Shown here: positions 60,564 through 64,000 of the stretch, in pieces
Layout: the number at the start of each line of letters is the position of its first letter
Position numbering within the stretch: position 1 is the first letter of the stretch
Origin: Planctomycetota bacterium
Lineage (GTDB): Bacteria > Planctomycetota > JAJSAM01 > JAJVHW01
DNA length: 64,000 nucleotides
NCBI GenBank assembly: GCA_965248445.1
Contig: CBDFJG010000004.1
Span: 736,001-800,000, forward strand
Direction: 5' to 3'
Notes under the pieces: generated by a model
Seen by the model: the letters and a program-made list of their open reading frames with translations, nothing else
Told to the model about the DNA's origin: nothing
Databases searched by the model: none
Made by a program: the position numbers and the translations under genes

Positions 60564-60758
60564 GCTGCTCTCCGCGTGGGTGGCCCGCTCCGGGCGCCTC
60601 GGGCGCACGCTCTGGGCCGCGCGAATTCTAACCAAGGGTTGTGCCCGTCAGCTGGAAATGGGCTGTATCTGGTGTTCTCGACGCATCTCCATCGGACGCT
60701 CGGATTCCGCGCCTGGGCTCGGAACTGCCGATGACGACATGGGTGCGATGTGCCCCCA

Positions 60759-60788
60759 AGCCAGATACAGCCAGATGCAGCCAGATAG
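60759..60788. repeat. 10-bp tandem repeat x3 with an inverted partner at 60661-60672
   Basis: AGCCAGATAC/AGCCAGATGC/AGCCAGATAG. GGCTGTATCTGG (60661-60672) is the reverse complement of 60761-60772. Confidence 0.75.
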
Positions 60789-60836
60789 GACCGGCGATTC
60801 AGGACGGGGTGACCTCGGGACGGTGAACGGCATTCG

Positions 60837-62429
60837 ATGGACAGGACCGCGATGCAGAAACGGCCGGGAGCGCCGCGGGTGAGTGACTCCGCCCTCGTTG
60901 CACCTCCCCCGCCGGACGTGCCGCGCACGGACACGATGCGCGCCGCCGTCGTGGCCAATCTGGCCGGCCGCGGGTGGCCGATCGTGCTCGGCTTCCTGGC
61001 GGTCCCGATCTACCTCGGGCACCTGGGCATCGAGGCCTACGCGCTCGTCAGCGCGTTCGCCGTGCTGCAGAGCATCTGCTCCGTTCTGGATATGGGGCTC
61101 GGCGCGACGCTCACCAGACAGCTCGCACGACTCACCGGCGACCCGCAGACGGCTCCGCAGGCGCGCCGCCTGGTGCGCACGCTCGAGGTGCCCTACTGGG
61201 CGATCGCCGCGCTCCTCGCGATCGTGTCGATCGCCGCCGCCGGACCCATCGCCGCGCGCTGGCTCCGGCCGGAGGCGGTGCCGCTCTCGACGCTTCGTGA
61301 GACCGCGGTGCTCATGGGGCTCGGCGTCGCGGCACAGCTCCCGTTCAGCCTGTACGTCGGCGGACTGCTCGGCATCCAGCGGCAGGTCCTCCTGAACGTG
61401 ATCGTGATCGTGGCGGCGACGTTCCGTGTTGCGCTGACCATCTACGTCCTCGAGCGCGTCGCCCCCACCATCGAGGCGTTCTTCATCTGCCAGCTGGTGG
61501 CGAGCGCCCTGCAGACCGCCGCGGGTCTGGTCGCGCTCTGGTGGACGCTGCCCAAGAGTCCGGATCGCCCGCGCTTCGACGGCCGCGTGCTGCGAGAGAA
61601 CCTCCGGTTCGCGGCCGGCGTGGCGGGCATCACGGTCGCAGGCCTGGTGCTCATCCACGCAGACAAGTTCGTCCTCACGAAGCTGCTCCCTCTGCGCGAG
61701 TTCGGGTACTACGGCATCGCCGCGTCGCTGGCGCTCGCTCTCGCGGCGATCTCGCATCCGGTGTACGCCGCCGTGTTCCCGCGGCTCTCGCGGCTGGCCG
61801 CCGGAGACGACCGGACCACGGAAGCCGCGGAGTACCACCGAGCGAGTCAGCTACTCGCCGTGCTGCTGTTGCCGCTGGCCGCGACGGTCGCCTGGCACGC
61901 GCACGAGATCCTGCTGGCGTGGACCCAGAATGCGGACGTTGCCGACAACGCACACCTCGTGACGACGCTGCTCGTCTGCGGCAGCGCGCTGCACGGCCTG
62001 ATGACGGTTCCGTACTCGCTGATGCTGGCACACGGCTGGACGCGGCTCCCGCTTGTCGTCAATGTGGTTGCCATCTGTGTGCTGATCCCGCTGCTGGTCT
62101 GGTCGAGCCGGACGTACGGCTCGGTCGGCGCCGCGGCGATATGGTGTGCGCTGAACGCCGGCTACATCGTGATCTCCGTGCCCGTCATGCACACACGCCT
62201 GCTGCGCGGAGAGATGACCAAGTGGTACCTCGGAGACGTCGGCCGCCCGCTCGCTGCGGCTCTCGCCGCTGTCGTGGCGGCGCACTTCCTGATCCCCGTG
62301 GTGGACGGACGCTGGCCCACCGTGGTGCGCGTCGGCGTGATCACCCTGTTCGCGACGCTCGCCGCCGCGAGCGCGGCCCCCGAGGTCCGGCGCCCTTGGA
62401 TCGCCCGCCTGCGCCGACGACTCGGCTGA
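60837..62429 (+). CDS. Oligosaccharide flippase (Wzx/MOP family; start uncertain)
   Basis: About 12-14 TM segments; LGIEAY, LDMGLG, ADKFVL, FGYY motifs; divergent from the rfb operon. Confidence 0.88.
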   Translation: MDRTAMQKRPGAPRVSDSALVAPPPPDVPRTDTMRAAVVANLAGRGWPIVLGFLAVPIYLGHLGIEAYALVSAFAVLQSICSVLDMGLGATLTRQLARLTGDPQTAPQARRLVRTLEVPYWAIAALLAIVSIAAAGPIAARWLRPEAVPLSTLRETAVLMGLGVAAQLPFSLYVGGLLGIQRQVLLNVIVIVAATFRVALTIYVLERVAPTIEAFFICQLVASALQTAAGLVALWWTLPKSPDRPRFDGRVLRENLRFAAGVAGITVAGLVLIHADKFVLTKLLPLREFGYYGIAASLALALAAISHPVYAAVFPRLSRLAAGDDRTTEAAEYHRASQLLAVLLLPLAATVAWHAHEILLAWTQNADVADNAHLVTTLLVCGSALHGLMTVPYSLMLAHGWTRLPLVVNVVAICVLIPLLVWSSRTYGSVGAAAIWCALNAGYIVISVPVMHTRLLRGEMTKWYLGDVGRPLAAALAAVVAAHFLIPVVDGRWPTVVRVGVITLFATLAAASAAPEVRRPWIARLRRRLG

Positions 62430-62436
62430 GCGCGCA

Positions 62437-63636
62437 TCAGCCCGCGAGCCGCAGCAGGGCGAGGTTGTAGACGAAGAACGTCAGGAACATGCCGACGACG
62501 ACCAGCCGCGCGCCCCAGCGAACGCGAGCTGGCGACGCAGGCAGTCGCGCGTCCTCCGAGACCCTTCCGCCCCCGTGCTGTATCCGCTCGACGGTTGTCG
62601 GGTGAGACGCACCCTTAACGCTGAATGGGATGAGGTTGTGGGTCGAGATGCGGACGAGCGCGGCGGCGATTGCGCGCCCAGACCCATCGTGGCCGTGCGC
62701 ACCATCGTCTGCTGCTTCCTCGTCCGCGTGGAGGGAGCGCGACAACCGCTGCTTGAGCAACAGTGCTCCGAGTAGCAACAATGTCGCGAGCACCGCAGCC
62801 CCTGGCCCGGATCGTCCGAGCGGCAGAGTGAGCGGCATCATCACGACGATCAACTCCGCGGCCAGCCGGGGCGCGAGCCGTGACCAGGGCATCGCGAGGT
62901 GGACCGACTCGTGTGCCACGACTGCGTCCAACTCCTCGGCGGAGAGGATCTCGAGAAGCGGCTGCGTGACCAGCACGACACGCTCCAACGGAAACGCCAT
63001 GCCCTGGGCAACGGTGACGTCGGCCACCACGGCGGACCGGGCCGCCGTCCCGCTCGCAGGCGTGGCATCCTGGATGCGACGCAACAGCGCATCGTCTGCT
63101 CGACGCGTGACTCCGATCGCGGACAGGAGCGGAAGAACGAGATACGAGACAACCAGCCAAACCAGCGGCGTCCCAGCCAGTAACCACCACGCACGCGGCC
63201 CCCATCTCGTTGGACACGCAAGCAGCACCAGCATTGCGCTGACGAACGGATTACGCAGCAGGAGGGTGATGGCGACTGTCGTGCGGACGAACGCGAGCGC
63301 CCCGTGCACGAGACCGCTCGGCTGCAGGCAGATCCATGTCGTCACGCCCACGGCCGAGACGCCGGCCAGCGCGACGGCGCCGTGGAGGACCCGGCGCGGC
63401 GCACCGCCGGACGGATCGAGGCATGCGGCGGCACAGACGGCGAGCGGGATGCAGTACGCTGCTGCGGAGCACGAAGTGCGCACGGGCCACCATCGCCGGG
63501 CCCGCGCGTGCATCGACTCGCTGTCGGAGCGCCACGCGCCGCGGAGTCCCGCGACGAGCGCACCGAGCGTGGTGGTCAGCACCGCGCAGCCGGCAACCAG
63601 AGCCGCCAGCGCGAGCCAGGTCATCGCCGCAGTCAT
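62437..63636 (-). CDS. M48/HtpX-like membrane zinc metalloprotease
   Basis: Multiple TM segments, ELDAVVAHESVH (HExxH), EEAADD, SHPTTVERI. Confidence 0.8.
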   Translation of the reverse strand: MTAAMTWLALAALVAGCAVLTTTLGALVAGLRGAWRSDSESMHARARRWWPVRTSCSAAAYCIPLAVCAAACLDPSGGAPRRVLHGAVALAGVSAVGVTTWICLQPSGLVHGALAFVRTTVAITLLLRNPFVSAMLVLLACPTRWGPRAWWLLAGTPLVWLVVSYLVLPLLSAIGVTRRADDALLRRIQDATPASGTAARSAVVADVTVAQGMAFPLERVVLVTQPLLEILSAEELDAVVAHESVHLAMPWSRLAPRLAAELIVVMMPLTLPLGRSGPGAAVLATLLLLGALLLKQRLSRSLHADEEAADDGAHGHDGSGRAIAAALVRISTHNLIPFSVKGASHPTTVERIQHGGGRVSEDARLPASPARVRWGARLVVVGMFLTFFVYNLALLRLAG

Positions 63637-63651
63637 GCGGGCTCCAGGCCC

Positions 63652-64000
63652 CTAGAGCGACTGGTCGCCGCGCAGGCGGCGGGCGCGCTGCGCGGCCTCG
63701 CGCGCCCGCAGGTACTCGCGGCGCTCTTCGAGGTACTCCGCGACGTCGTCCAGCAGGTGCGCCTGCCCTCTGCCGAGCCGGCGTGACAGACGGAACGCCA
63801 GGCGCAGCGCCGTGGCGTGATCGCCAAGTTCGCGCAGCGCGTTCATCCGGTGGTACCGCGCCTCGGCGAGTTCCGTCCCGCTCAGGCCGTTCTCCGCGGC
63901 TTCGAGCGCGTCGAGCGCCTCGTCCAGCCGTCCCTGGTGACCGGCGAGCCGGCCGGCGAAGAACGCGAGTTGCGCGTCGTCCGGCGCGTGCTCGCGCGCC
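63652..64000 (-). CDS. C-terminal end of a TPR-containing protein (5' end outside window)
   Basis: Frame is open to the window edge and reads ...APDDAQLAFFAGRLAGHQGRLDEALDALEAA...EARYHRMNALRELGD..., which is TPR-like. Confidence 0.7.
   Translation of the reverse strand, partial: AREHAPDDAQLAFFAGRLAGHQGRLDEALDALEAAENGLSGTELAEARYHRMNALRELGDHATALRLAFRLSRRLGRGQAHLLDDVAEYLEERREYLRAREAAQRARRLRGDQSL

Overview
A very GC-rich, gene-dense bacterial chromosomal segment. Gene content (large Gly-rich and TPR secreted proteins, STAND-type Ser/Thr kinases, DUF3857-type transglutaminases, NhaP-PTS EIIA fusion) suggests a Planctomycetota-like organism, by inference only. Housekeeping genes: selB, recJ, an AddAB-like helicase-nuclease pair, gatCAB, comF, a FabH-like synthase and hsp20. 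A signalling block holds a sigma-54 NtrC-type response regulator, a divergent Hpt protein and a kinase-ATPase-TPR protein. It is followed by two large secreted TPR/transglutaminase-like paralogues and a lipoprotein. A CDP-sugar/methyltransferase glycan cluster with a flippase lies at about 52.7-62.4 kb. I found no rRNA, tRNA, transposase, CRISPR array or cas gene. The strongest non-obvious signals are: (1) an orphan sigma-54 promoter with two palindromic enhancer-like sites driving an apparently non-coding, hairpin-terminated transcript beside the NtrC-type regulator (37.6-37.9 kb); (2) a mosaic of palindromic repeats with compensatory base changes at 1.43-1.67 kb; (3) a catalytically intact plus catalytically dead transglutaminase pair; (4) TAnnnT boxes 6-8 nt before at least 11 start codons, suggesting widespread leaderless mRNAs; (5) an hsp20 that looks like a collapsed tandem pair under a sigma-54 promoter. 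All calls come from reading motifs by eye; no database searches were run.
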